Shown here: one piece after another, positions 19,777 through 28,494 of the stretch
Layout of the letters: each line of letters begins with the position of its first letter
Position numbering within the stretch: position 1 is the stretch's first letter
Assembly: GCF_000025945.1 (NCBI RefSeq)
Contig: NC_006138.1
Coordinates: forward strand, 570,001-602,000
Reading direction: 5' to 3'
Source: Desulfotalea psychrophila LSv54
GTDB lineage: Bacteria; Desulfobacterota; Desulfobulbia; Desulfobulbales; Desulfocapsaceae
DNA length: 32,000 bases
Program-made: the position numbers and the translations under genes
Notes under the pieces: generated by a model
Seen by the model: only the letters and a program-made list of their open reading frames with translations
What the model was told of the DNA's origin: nothing
Database searches by the model: none

Positions 19777-21155
19777 TATTTTTGATCAGCAAAAGCCAGA
19801 TCAAGAGCATTTATAACTTCATCAATCTCAGTTTTGCTGGAGATCAATGCAGGGCTAAATGCAAGGGTGTTGTTGTGCTTCTCAAAAGATCGATTAGTAC
19901 GACCAATGATAACACGACTCTTAGCTGCACAGTGACCCGCAACACCTGCGGCAACAGACTCATCAACAGGCTCTTTGGTTGTACGATCTTTAACAAGCTC
20001 AAGACCTTGAAAGAGACCTTTACCACGAACATCGCCAATGATTTCGTACTTATCTTTAAGCTCGAAAAGACGATCAGAAAAGTAATCTCCCATCTTAACA
20101 ACATTGTCAAGAAGATTCTCACGAATGATGATGGCCATGTTCTCAAGAGCGGCTGCAGGACCTGCGGTACATCCACCAAAGGTAGAGATATCACGAAAGT
20201 AATGCATTTTATCACTTGGATCAGCCTTGAAACGATCAAATACAGCCTCGGTGGTTGTGGTACAAGAGATACCTGCGTATCCACTTGCTACACCCTTGGC
20301 CATGGTAACCATGTCAGGAACTACATCAAAGTGCTGATAACCAAACCACTTACCGGTACGACCAAGACCACATACAACCTCATCAATGTGAAGAAGTACG
20401 CCATGACGATCACAGATCTCACGGATGATTGGGAAGTACTCTGGTACAGGAACGATTACACCACCACCTGCGGTGATAGGCTCAAGAATGATTCCACCAA
20501 CGGTCTCTGGACCTTCCGCTTGGATGAGATCTTCAAGGGCATGAGCACACTCGATATTACATTCGCCATATTTTTTACCGAAAGGACAGCGGTAACAACA
20601 GCAGTTGGTAAGCTCAACAAAACCTGGAGCAAATGGACCATACTGTGCTTTACGCTCGAACTGACCGGTGGAGCTCAAAGCGCCAATGGTAGTTCCATGG
20701 TAGTCACGGTCGCGGTAGATGATCTTGTTCTTCTTGCCATCACCTTCAAGGTGAGCAAGCTGACGAATGATCTTAAAACACTTCTCATTTGCCTCAGAAC
20801 CTGAGTTTGAGTAGTAGACACGATCCATTCCTGGCATCTTGTCAAGAAGAGCTTCAGCAAACTGAGCGCCTGGAACACTACCTGCACTTCCTGCGAAGTA
20901 ACAGAGTTTTACCAACTGATCACGTACAGCATTGGCGATAGACTCACGACCATATCCAACGTTTACAGTCCAAACACCACCGGATACTGCATCAAGGAAC
21001 TCATTGCCGTTAGCATCCTTGATACGCATTCCCTTACCCTCAACAACTACCATAGGAGCAGCACCGTCTTTATCATAGGCGCTATGTTGAGTGAGGTGAT
21101 GCCAGCAATTTTTTTTATTTTGGGCGATAACTTTTTTCATTGCTTCTTGTGTCAT
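19776..21155 (-). CDS. tpa: Taurine:pyruvate aminotransferase-like class III aminotransferase (copy A)
   Basis: MTQEAMKKVIAQNKKNCWHHLTQH..., YYSNSGSEANEKCFKIIRQL, YHGTTIGALSSTGQ, LHIDEVVCGLGRTGKWFGYQHFDVVPDMVTMAKGVASGY. The start at 21155 is preferred over 21173 because AGGAG precedes that ATG. Confidence 0.85.
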   Translation of the reverse strand: MTQEAMKKVIAQNKKNCWHHLTQHSAYDKDGAAPMVVVEGKGMRIKDANGNEFLDAVSGGVWTVNVGYGRESIANAVRDQLVKLCYFAGSAGSVPGAQFAEALLDKMPGMDRVYYSNSGSEANEKCFKIIRQLAHLEGDGKKNKIIYRDRDYHGTTIGALSSTGQFERKAQYGPFAPGFVELTNCCCYRCPFGKKYGECNIECAHALEDLIQAEGPETVGGIILEPITAGGGVIVPVPEYFPIIREICDRHGVLLHIDEVVCGLGRTGKWFGYQHFDVVPDMVTMAKGVASGYAGISCTTTTEAVFDRFKADPSDKMHYFRDISTFGGCTAGPAAALENMAIIIRENLLDNVVKMGDYFSDRLFELKDKYEIIGDVRGKGLFQGLELVKDRTTKEPVDESVAAGVAGHCAAKSRVIIGRTNRSFEKHNNTLAFSPALISSKTEIDEVINALDLAFADQK

Positions 21156-21190
21156 GATACTTCTCCTATTCATCCATCTATTAAGAAAGG

Positions 21191-21216
21191 AGGTGCCTGG
21201 AGTAATCCAGACACCT
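21191..21216 (-). promoter_or_regulatory. Conserved intercistronic hairpin between adh and tpa (copy A)
   Basis: AGGTGCCTGGA-GTAA-TCCAGACACCT. On the transcribed strand the stem is 11 contiguous pairs with one G.U wobble. Confidence 0.6.
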
Positions 21217-21227
21217 TCTACTATTTC

Positions 21228-22382
21228 CTAGAAATGTTTTTCCAACATGGTCAAGAGTTGCTTCTCATTACCCTGACGTGGATTATTATCCATCAAACGC
21301 TTAGCTGCTGCAGCGCGGGTAGCAATTCCTGGCAGATCTTCTGCGGTCACACCATAAGGAGCAAGGCCTGGAGCAATATCAAGATCTTCAAGCATTTGCA
21401 CAAATGCATCTGCACAGTAAGCTGCGCGATCTTCTACTGGCTCGTCGCTCTCCACAACGTGGCTCAAGATATCAGCAACAACTGCATACTTCTCTGGGTT
21501 AGACATGTAGTTGTAATCGATACCGATTGGAGCTACTGCTGCCATAAGCAAACCGTGTGGCAACTTATACTTTGCAGGAACAGAGGTACCAACAGCGTGG
21601 ATAACACCGTTCTGGGTATTACCAAAACCCATTCCAGCAAGGGCAGAACCGTAAAGCATTGCCTCACGAGCCTCAAGATTATTACCGTTGGCATATGCCT
21701 TGCGGATATTCTTAGCAATAATCTTCATTGCCTGAAGATTAAGGGCATCCGTGAATGGAGTAGACATAAGGCCTACAAAGGATTCCATGGCGTGAACAAA
21801 GGCATCAACACCGGTCATTGCGGTTATATGTGGTGGAAGACCTGTAGTCAATGCTGGGTCAAGGATAACAGCAGATGCGTAGATATAGTCACTAACGATA
21901 CCAAGCTTTGCGCCGGTCTCGTTGTTGGTGAGTACAGAGATAGAGGTCATCTCGCTACCGGTACCAGCGGTGGTTGGCACTGCAATAAGTGGCATACATG
22001 GTCCAGGAACAACATCAACACCGAAATATTTAGAGATTGGACCTTCGTGAACGGCAAGAACGGATGCAGCCTTGGCGGTATCAAGAGCACTACCACCACC
22101 AAAACCGATGATAACGTCTGCCTTGAATTCCTTAGCAACATCAGCACAATGCTGAATAGAGGTTGCGTTTGGTTCAAGCTCTGCTTTTGCATAAAGAACA
22201 AATTCAATACCTGCATGGGCAAGAGCTTCCTCTACTGCAATGTGCAAACCCAGTGAAGCAAGACCTGGATCAGTCACGATGATGGCGCGCTTGCCACCAA
22301 GACGTTTTACCTCTTTACCTGCGTCAGCAATAGAGCCTGCACCGTGAACAATCTTACTTACGGATTTGAATGTATGGAGCAT
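21228..22382 (-). CDS. Iron-containing alcohol dehydrogenase, candidate sulfoacetaldehyde reductase (copy A)
   Basis: KADVIIGFGGGSALDTAKA, AVPTTAGTGSEMT, GVDAFVHAMESFVG and LPHGLLMAAVAP are group III Fe-ADH signatures. Start 22382 has AGAAGG 8 nt upstream; the track extends to a GTG at 22391. Confidence 0.88.
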   Translation of the reverse strand: MLHTFKSVSKIVHGAGSIADAGKEVKRLGGKRAIIVTDPGLASLGLHIAVEEALAHAGIEFVLYAKAELEPNATSIQHCADVAKEFKADVIIGFGGGSALDTAKAASVLAVHEGPISKYFGVDVVPGPCMPLIAVPTTAGTGSEMTSISVLTNNETGAKLGIVSDYIYASAVILDPALTTGLPPHITAMTGVDAFVHAMESFVGLMSTPFTDALNLQAMKIIAKNIRKAYANGNNLEAREAMLYGSALAGMGFGNTQNGVIHAVGTSVPAKYKLPHGLLMAAVAPIGIDYNYMSNPEKYAVVADILSHVVESDEPVEDRAAYCADAFVQMLEDLDIAPGLAPYGVTAEDLPGIATRAAAAKRLMDNNPRQGNEKQLLTMLEKHF

Positions 22383-22531
22383 GTTAGTCACCTTCTGCTT
22401 TTATTATATAAATTACATAAACACTGCCAGCTACTCAGTGAGGGGCATCAGCCTCTCTTAGAAAGGCATGATAACTTGCTTAAGCATAGTCTCTTCCTTC
22501 GAAAGAAATCATCCTCAACCTTTATAATACA

Positions 22532-22547
22532 TGCAATGGACATGCCA
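22532..22547 (-). promoter_or_regulatory. Sigma-54 (-24/-12) promoter for the copy A operon
   Basis: Minus-strand TGGCATGTCCATTGCA is a full match to TGGCAYRNNNNTTGCW, about 150 nt upstream of the adh start. Confidence 0.75.
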
Positions 22548-22632
22548 TTCAAAAGAAAACTCTGTAACTACTTGTTTTTCTTTACTTTATCATAAGCACA
22601 AAATATCCTACCAAACAGCCATGAGTCAATAT

Positions 22633-22681
22633 TGCATCGTTAACTACCACCAGCCCCAATCTTCGCGATGCAATTTCAACT
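22633..22681. promoter_or_regulatory. Candidate activator-binding region upstream of the copy A promoter
   Basis: Two elements TGCATCGTTAACT (22633-22645) and TGCAATTTCAACT (22669-22681) share TGCA-N3-T-N-AACT. The inner arms ATTGCATCG/CGATGCAAT (22631-22639, 22666-22674) are also a perfect inverted repeat. Confidence 0.55.
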
Positions 22682-22918
22682 TACTTCCGAAATAACAAAA
22701 AAAGGAGGAGGAAAAAAGAGAACAGAAACAGGAGGAAAGAAGAGTCCTGCCAACCAGCAAAAAAAAACAAGCGAGGCAAGGTGAGATCACTTATAACATC
22801 GCAACATCGTCCAGCCAGAGAGGAAAGCCCAGGCGCAGAGAGCAGGAAAAACAAATTCATTTATCGGCCCTTTCAGGCAATTCTTTTTTGCATTAACTCC
22901 CAAAAAACGCAAGCCAGC

Positions 22919-22957
22919 AAAAAAAAATCCCCAGGCTCTAAAAAGAGCTTGGGGATT
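22919..22957 (-). terminator. Intrinsic terminator downstream of ald copy B, separating the two operons
   Basis: AATCCCCAGGCTCT...AGAGCTTGGGGATT. On the minus strand it is followed by a T-rich tract. Confidence 0.85.
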
Positions 22958-23049
22958 CAGCAAGGAGCGACAACCCAAAAGAGAATGGAAACCTAAACTC
23001 CCACCCTCTATTCAACCAAGGCTACAACTTGCCTTTTTTGAGGTATTCT

Positions 23050-24165
23050 CTATGCGAGAACCTCTTCTACTGGGGTGTAAGGCATGTCAAATGCATCACA
23101 TACTGCTTTGAAGGTAAGTTTTCCTTCGTGTACGTTCAAACCAAGTGCAAGCGCTCTGTTGTCCTGACATGCTTTCTTCCAACCTTTGTTTGCAAGTTGT
23201 ACTGCAAATGGAAGGGTTGCATTGGTAAGAGCCATGGTAGAGGTCAAAGGTACTGCGCCAGGGATGTTAGCAACACAGTAATGAACGATCTCGTCTACAA
23301 CGTAGGTAGGCTCGGTGTGAGTGGTAGGCTTAGAGGTCTCAAAACAACCACCTTGATCGATAGCAACATCAACAACAGCAGTCTTAGGACGCATAAGTTT
23401 AAGGTCTGCGCGGGTAAGTACTGAAGGAGCCTTAGCGCCTGGGATAAGTACCGCACCAACCACAAGGTCAACCTGTGGAAGAAGCTCGTGGATAGCAGCC
23501 TTAGAAGACATGATGGTGGTACAGTTAGCAGGCATTACATCTTCAAGATAACGAAGACGATCAAGGTTGATATCAAGAAGGTAAACTTGAGCGCCAAGTC
23601 CACAGGCCATCTTAGCAGCCTGAACACCAACAACACCACCACCGATAACCATGATTTTAGCTGGAGCAACACCCGGTACACCACCGATGAGTTTGCCAAT
23701 TCCGCCGTTTACAGCCTCGAGAGCCTTAGCACCCTGCTGAATTGCCATACGACCAGCAACCTCAGACATTGGGGTAAGAAGAGGAAGTGAACGATCTGCC
23801 ATTTGAACAGTCTCGTAAGCGATACAGGTAGCGCCAGATGCAACCAAACCATCGGTTTGTGGCTTATCTGCTGCCAAGTGAAGGTAGGTGAAAACGATTT
23901 GACCTTTACGGATCATCGCGTACTCAGAAGGCTGTGGCTCTTTAACGTGCATTACCATATCAGCTTTTGCATAAACGTCTGCAGCTGCATCGATGATGGT
24001 AGCGCCTGCTGCTACGTATTCTGCATCAGAGAAACTAGAACCAAGACCAGCACCTTTCTCTACAATTACATCGTGACCATTAGCTACCATGGTTACAACT
24101 CCGCCAGGGGTCATACAAACACGATCTTCTTTGATTTTAATTTCTTTTAAGATACCTACAATCAT
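23050..24165 (-). CDS. ald: Alanine dehydrogenase (copy B)
   Basis: Differs from copy A at 4 of 371 residues by hand comparison of the supplied translations. Confidence 0.95.
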   Translation of the reverse strand: MIVGILKEIKIKEDRVCMTPGGVVTMVANGHDVIVEKGAGLGSSFSDAEYVAAGATIIDAAADVYAKADMVMHVKEPQPSEYAMIRKGQIVFTYLHLAADKPQTDGLVASGATCIAYETVQMADRSLPLLTPMSEVAGRMAIQQGAKALEAVNGGIGKLIGGVPGVAPAKIMVIGGGVVGVQAAKMACGLGAQVYLLDINLDRLRYLEDVMPANCTTIMSSKAAIHELLPQVDLVVGAVLIPGAKAPSVLTRADLKLMRPKTAVVDVAIDQGGCFETSKPTTHTEPTYVVDEIVHYCVANIPGAVPLTSTMALTNATLPFAVQLANKGWKKACQDNRALALGLNVHEGKLTFKAVCDAFDMPYTPVEEVLA

Positions 24166-24207
24166 TTTACTTCTCCTAAATTATTAACTTATATAAATGA
24201 ATATTAC

Positions 24208-25587
24208 TTATTTTTGATCAGCAAAAGCCAGATCAAGAGCATTTATAACTTCATCAATCTCAGTTTTGCTGGAGATCAATGCAGGACTGAAGGCAAGGGT
24301 GTTGTTGTGCTTCTCAAAGGATCGATTAGTACGACCAATGATAACACGACTCTTAGCGGCACAGTGACCCGCAACACCTGCGGCAACAGACTCATCAACA
24401 GGCTCTTTAGTGGTACGATCTTTAACAAGCTCAAGACCTTGAAAGAGACCTTTACCACGAACATCGCCAATAACTTCGTACTTATCTTTAAGCTCGAAAA
24501 GACGATCCTGGAAGTAATCTCCCATCTTAACAACATTATCAAGAAGGTTCTCACGAACGATGATGGCCATGTTCTCAAGAGCGGCTGCAGGACCTGCGGT
24601 ACATCCACCAAAGGTAGAGATATCACGAAAGTAATGCATTTTATCACTTGGATCAGCCTTGAAACGATCAAATACAGCCTCGGTGGTTGTGGTACAAGAG
24701 ATACCTGCGTATCCACTTGCTACACCCTTAGCCATGGTAACCATGTCAGGAACTACATCAAAGTGCTGATAACCGAACCACTTACCGGTACGACCAAGAC
24801 CACATACAACCTCATCAATTTGAAGAAGTACGCCATGACGATCACAGATCTCACGGATGATTGGGAAGTACTCAGGTACAGGAACAATTACACCACCACC
24901 TGCGGTGATAGGCTCAAGAATGATTCCGCCAACGGTCTCTGGACCTTCCGCTTGGATGAGATCTTCAAGGGCATGGGCACACTCGATATTACATTCGCCA
25001 TATTTTTTACCGAAAGGACAGCGGTAACAACAGCAGTTGGTAAGCTCAACAAAACCTGGAGCAAATGGACCATACTGCGCTTTACGCTCGAACTGACCGG
25101 TGGCACTGAGAGCACCAATGGTAGTTCCATGGTAGTCACGGTCGCGGTAGATGATCTTGTTCTTGGTGCCATCACCTTCAAGGTGAGCAAGCTGACGAAT
25201 GATCTTAAAACACTTCTCGTTTGCCTCAGAACCTGAGTTTGAGTAGTATACACGACCCATTCCTGGCATCTTATCAAGAAGAGCTTCAGCAAACTGAGCA
25301 CCAGGAATACTACCTGCACTTCCTGCGAAGTAACAGAGTTTTACCAACTGATCACGTACAGCATTGGCGATAGACTCACGACCATATCCAACGTTTACAG
25401 TCCAAACACCACCGGATACTGCATCAAGGAACTCATTGCCGTTAGCATCCTTGATACGCATTCCCTTACCCTCAACAACTACCATAGGAGCAGCACCGTC
25501 TTTATCATAGGCGCTATGTTGAGTGAGGTGATGCCAGCAATTTTTTTTATTTTGAGCGATAACTTTTTTCATTGCTTCTTGTGTCAT
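24208..25587 (-). CDS. tpa: Taurine:pyruvate aminotransferase-like class III aminotransferase (copy B)
   Basis: Differs from copy A at about 8 residues by hand comparison; same motifs. Confidence 0.85.
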   Translation of the reverse strand: MTQEAMKKVIAQNKKNCWHHLTQHSAYDKDGAAPMVVVEGKGMRIKDANGNEFLDAVSGGVWTVNVGYGRESIANAVRDQLVKLCYFAGSAGSIPGAQFAEALLDKMPGMGRVYYSNSGSEANEKCFKIIRQLAHLEGDGTKNKIIYRDRDYHGTTIGALSATGQFERKAQYGPFAPGFVELTNCCCYRCPFGKKYGECNIECAHALEDLIQAEGPETVGGIILEPITAGGGVIVPVPEYFPIIREICDRHGVLLQIDEVVCGLGRTGKWFGYQHFDVVPDMVTMAKGVASGYAGISCTTTTEAVFDRFKADPSDKMHYFRDISTFGGCTAGPAAALENMAIIVRENLLDNVVKMGDYFQDRLFELKDKYEVIGDVRGKGLFQGLELVKDRTTKEPVDESVAAGVAGHCAAKSRVIIGRTNRSFEKHNNTLAFSPALISSKTEIDEVINALDLAFADQK

Positions 25588-25623
25588 GATACTTCTCCTA
25601 TTCAATCCATCTACAGAGAAAGG

Positions 25624-25649
25624 AGGTGCCTGGAATCATCCAGACACCT
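25624..25649 (-). promoter_or_regulatory. Conserved intercistronic hairpin between adh and tpa (copy B)
   Basis: AGGTGCCTGGA-ATCA-TCCAGACACCT. The stem is identical to copy A and the loop differs. Confidence 0.6.
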
Positions 25650-25660
25650 TCTACTATTTC

Positions 25661-26815
25661 CTAGAAGTGCTTTTGCAACATGGTCAAGAGTTGTTTCTCG
25701 TTACCTTGGCGTGGATTATTATCCATCAAACGCTTGGCTGCGGCGGCGCGGGTAGCGATTCCTGGCAGATCTTCCTCGGTTACACCGTAGGGAGAAAGGC
25801 CTGGAGCAATATCAAGATCTTCAAGCATTTGCACAAATGCATCTGCACAATAAGCGGCACGATCTTCTACCGACTCTTCACCAGCCACAACGTGGGTAAG
25901 GATATCAGCAACAACTGCATACTTCTCTGGGTTAGCCATATAGTTGTAATCGATACCAATTGGAGCTACTGCTGCCATAAGCAAACCGTGTGGCAACTTA
26001 TACTTTGCAGGAACAGAGGTACCAACAGCGTGGATAACACCGTTCTGGGTATTACCAAAACCCATACCAGCAAGAGCAGAACCGTAAAGCATCGCCTCAC
26101 GAGCCTCAAGATTATTACCGTTGGCATATGCCTTACGGATATTCTTAGCAATAATCTTCATCGCCTGAAGATTAAGGGCATCTGTGAATGGAGTAGACAT
26201 AAGGCCTACAAAGGATTCCATGGCGTGAACAAAGGCATCAACACCGGTCATTGCAGTTATATGTGGTGGAAGACCTGTAGTCAATGCTGGGTCAAGAATA
26301 ACAGCAGCTGCGTAGATATAGTCACTAACGATACCAAGTTTTGCGCCGGTCTCGTTGTTGGTGAGTACAGAGATAGAGGTCATCTCGCTACCGGTACCAG
26401 CGGTGGTTGGCACTGCAATAAGTGGCATACATGGTCCAGGAACAACATCAACACCGAAGTATTTAGAGATTGGACCTTCGTGAACGGCAAGAACGGATGC
26501 AGCCTTGGCGGTATCAAGAGCACTACCACCACCAAAACCGATGATAACGTCTGCGTTAAAAGCCTTAGCAGCATCAGCACAGTCTTGAATAGAGGTTGCA
26601 TTTGGTTCAAGCTCTGCCTTGGCGTAAAGAACAAACTCAATACCAGCAAGAGCCAATGCCTCTTCCACAGCTACATGCAAACCAAGTGAAGCAAGACCTG
26701 GATCAGTTACGATAATGGCACGCTCGCCACCAAGACGTTTCACCTCTTTACCTGTGTCAGCAATAGATCCTGCACCGTGAACGATCTTACTTACAGATTT
26801 AAATGTATGAAGCAT
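25661..26815 (-). CDS. Iron-containing alcohol dehydrogenase, candidate sulfoacetaldehyde reductase (copy B)
   Basis: Same motifs as copy A, with about 19 residue differences by hand count. Start 26815 has an upstream AGAAGG. Confidence 0.88.
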   Translation of the reverse strand: MLHTFKSVSKIVHGAGSIADTGKEVKRLGGERAIIVTDPGLASLGLHVAVEEALALAGIEFVLYAKAELEPNATSIQDCADAAKAFNADVIIGFGGGSALDTAKAASVLAVHEGPISKYFGVDVVPGPCMPLIAVPTTAGTGSEMTSISVLTNNETGAKLGIVSDYIYAAAVILDPALTTGLPPHITAMTGVDAFVHAMESFVGLMSTPFTDALNLQAMKIIAKNIRKAYANGNNLEAREAMLYGSALAGMGFGNTQNGVIHAVGTSVPAKYKLPHGLLMAAVAPIGIDYNYMANPEKYAVVADILTHVVAGEESVEDRAAYCADAFVQMLEDLDIAPGLSPYGVTEEDLPGIATRAAAAKRLMDNNPRQGNEKQLLTMLQKHF

Positions 26816-26857
26816 ATTAATCACCTTCTACGTTTTATAGTTAATATTTATATTAGC

Positions 26858-28345
26858 TTACGCTTCTTTGGATGCTGGCTGCTGAGCCGGAGCTTTTTTA
26901 CCTTTACCAAAGAAAACTCGACGTGAACTTCCTAAAATGAGAGTACTCTGCTCTTCCGTGGTAAGGGCTTTAAAATCACCCATTCTTGCATTATAGAACC
27001 AAGCGCCAAGGATAACCCAGAGACAGAGAGCAACCCAAGACTGCATGCCAATGGCACCGGGTGAACCCGGAACGGTAAGAAGCAAAATACAGACAACAGA
27101 ACTAATTGAGCCAAGCACTGCATGCATAACACCTCTCTTATTCTGGGCATGCTTCATTACCTTATAGGCACTGAGGCAAGAGATAAGATAGGCAATAACA
27201 GTACCGACAGCAGACATATCAACAACCCAATTCAATACTTCACGACCAAAGAAGGGCGCGGTTACGGCAATGGCAAGAACAAAGAGGATCGCCTTATGAG
27301 GGGTTTGGTATTTTGGATGGATATCAGCAAACCAAGATGGCAGGATGGTTGCCCGACCCATGGCAAAGAGCAGACGAGAAGATGCAATAAAGAAACCATT
27401 GATTCCGGTAAAGATTGCGGCAAGAACAGCAGTGGCAAGAATCACACTACCAACCCGACCAAGGGCCATGTTTGCTACGGTTCCGGTAGCCCAGGGGCTA
27501 TTCATGGCGAGAAGCTCTTTATATGGCATGATGCAGGCAACGGCGATGGTTACCATTGCATAAAGGACAATGCCCCAGCCAATTGCGGAAAGCATGAGCT
27601 TTTCAGCGCGCTTGTGCGGGAAGTCGAATTCCTCAGCTGCCTGAGGAATGGTATCAAAACCCACATAGAGCCATGGTGCAATGGCAACAATGGCCATAAT
27701 ACTGGCAAGCGGGCTCTTGTTATCAGCAAAAAGAGGAGAGAGGTTAGAAACAGCTGCAGTCTCATGGGAAACGGAACCGCCGAAAACAATAAAGACACTA
27801 GCACAGAGGGCAAAGGCAAGGAATACCTGAATCTTACCAACAAGATCTGCGCCACGGAAATTCAAAAACCCACAAAGACAGAGTATGCCGACCAGCATGG
27901 CTATCTCACCTGCATAGACATCCCAGCCAACAATGGAGTACAGCATCCCTACTTCAAAGACGCCCGGGAAAACAAAACGGGTCAGCAGAGAGACAGCTGT
28001 CGCATTCAGGGCAATGATACAGATATAACCAAGCACAAGGGCCCATCCACAGATAAAGGCCACGGTGGGACCAAAACCAACAAAGGAGAAGGCAAAAGCT
28101 CCGCCGGTCACCTTGTACTTACTCACCATATTTCCGTAACTGATTGCCACGGAAAACAGCATTACACCACCCAGAACAAAACCGATGCAAGAGGCAAGTG
28201 GCCCGGCCTGAGGCAAAAAGCGTAGACCTGGTAAGACAAATGCACCCCATCCAAGAATCGCACCCAAGGCGAGGGCCCAAGCCTGAACGGGCTTAATCGA
28301 CTTCTTCAATTCTGCTCTTTCAGTCACTGCTGCTTTCTTATCCAT
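26858..28345 (-). CDS. APC-superfamily permease, candidate taurine/amino acid importer
   Basis: MDKKAAVTERAELKKSIKPVQAWALALGAILGWGAFVLPG..., about 12 hydrophobic segments, located upstream of adh copy B. GGGAG lies 9 nt before the ATG at 28345; the track ORF starts at 28375. Confidence 0.85.
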   Translation of the reverse strand: MDKKAAVTERAELKKSIKPVQAWALALGAILGWGAFVLPGLRFLPQAGPLASCIGFVLGGVMLFSVAISYGNMVSKYKVTGGAFAFSFVGFGPTVAFICGWALVLGYICIIALNATAVSLLTRFVFPGVFEVGMLYSIVGWDVYAGEIAMLVGILCLCGFLNFRGADLVGKIQVFLAFALCASVFIVFGGSVSHETAAVSNLSPLFADNKSPLASIMAIVAIAPWLYVGFDTIPQAAEEFDFPHKRAEKLMLSAIGWGIVLYAMVTIAVACIMPYKELLAMNSPWATGTVANMALGRVGSVILATAVLAAIFTGINGFFIASSRLLFAMGRATILPSWFADIHPKYQTPHKAILFVLAIAVTAPFFGREVLNWVVDMSAVGTVIAYLISCLSAYKVMKHAQNKRGVMHAVLGSISSVVCILLLTVPGSPGAIGMQSWVALCLWVILGAWFYNARMGDFKALTTEEQSTLILGSSRRVFFGKGKKAPAQQPASKEA

Positions 28346-28398
28346 CAAAATGCGCTCCCAAAACTGTGCTGCCAAAAACGACAGCTTATAAATAATAA

Positions 28399-28421
28399 GT
28401 GATGACCCTAACTGTCATCAC
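28399..28421. promoter_or_regulatory. Perfect inverted repeat in the permease leader
   Basis: GTGATGAC-CCTAACT-GTCATCAC, between the sigma-54 promoter and the permease start. Confidence 0.5.
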
Positions 28422-28494
28422 GTAAAAGTCTCAATTCATCTGAGTCACAAAGTTTTTGGTGCAAAAAAACTGCTCCTTCGCCTTCGACCCACCA

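Larger units (their letters stand above)
18586..22396 (-). repeat. Copy A of an approximately 3.8 kb direct duplication carrying adh-tpa-ald
   Basis: Base-level similarity to 23035-26829 starts at TTTTTGAGGTATTCT and ends at TCACCTTCT, covering the same three genes in the same order and strand. Confidence 0.95.
23035..26829 (-). repeat. Copy B of the adh-tpa-ald direct duplication
   Basis: See copy A. The offset is 4449 bp across ald and about 4433 bp across tpa and adh. Confidence 0.95.

Noticed and set aside
19782-20804. 340-aa plus-strand ORF antisense to tpa copy A (and its twin at 24214-25236)
   Set aside because: It lies wholly inside a well-supported minus-strand gene. The same ORF in copy B is explained by the duplication. 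The low-complexity Thr/Asn/Lys-rich product is typical of the complement of a strongly codon-biased gene.
21084-22256. 390-aa plus-strand ORF antisense to adh copy A (and the 367-aa ORF at 25586-26689)
   Set aside because: Cys/Thr/Trp/His-rich translation with no recognisable domain; complement artefact of a biased coding frame, duplicated with the cassette.
22690-22745. Purine-rich AAAAAAAGGAGGAGGAAAAAAG...GAGGAAAGAAGAG tract as a repeat array or binding site
   Set aside because: Compositional bias without a regular unit, and not matched upstream of the permease. It could contain SD-like strings but no ORF follows.
22861-22900. TGCATTAACT near 22890 as a fifth activator site
   Set aside because: The spacing between TGCA and AACT is two bases instead of five, and it lies next to the operon B terminator, so it does not fit the motif.
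18586-26829. The duplication as a composite transposon or mobile element
   Set aside because: No transposase, integrase, terminal inverted repeats or target-site duplications were found at the boundaries, and the unit ends near gene edges. Simple tandem duplication is a better explanation.
27122-28225. 367-aa plus-strand ORF antisense to the permease
   Set aside because: It overlaps a clear membrane transporter gene, and its His/Lys/Gly-rich low-complexity sequence has no start-site or domain support.
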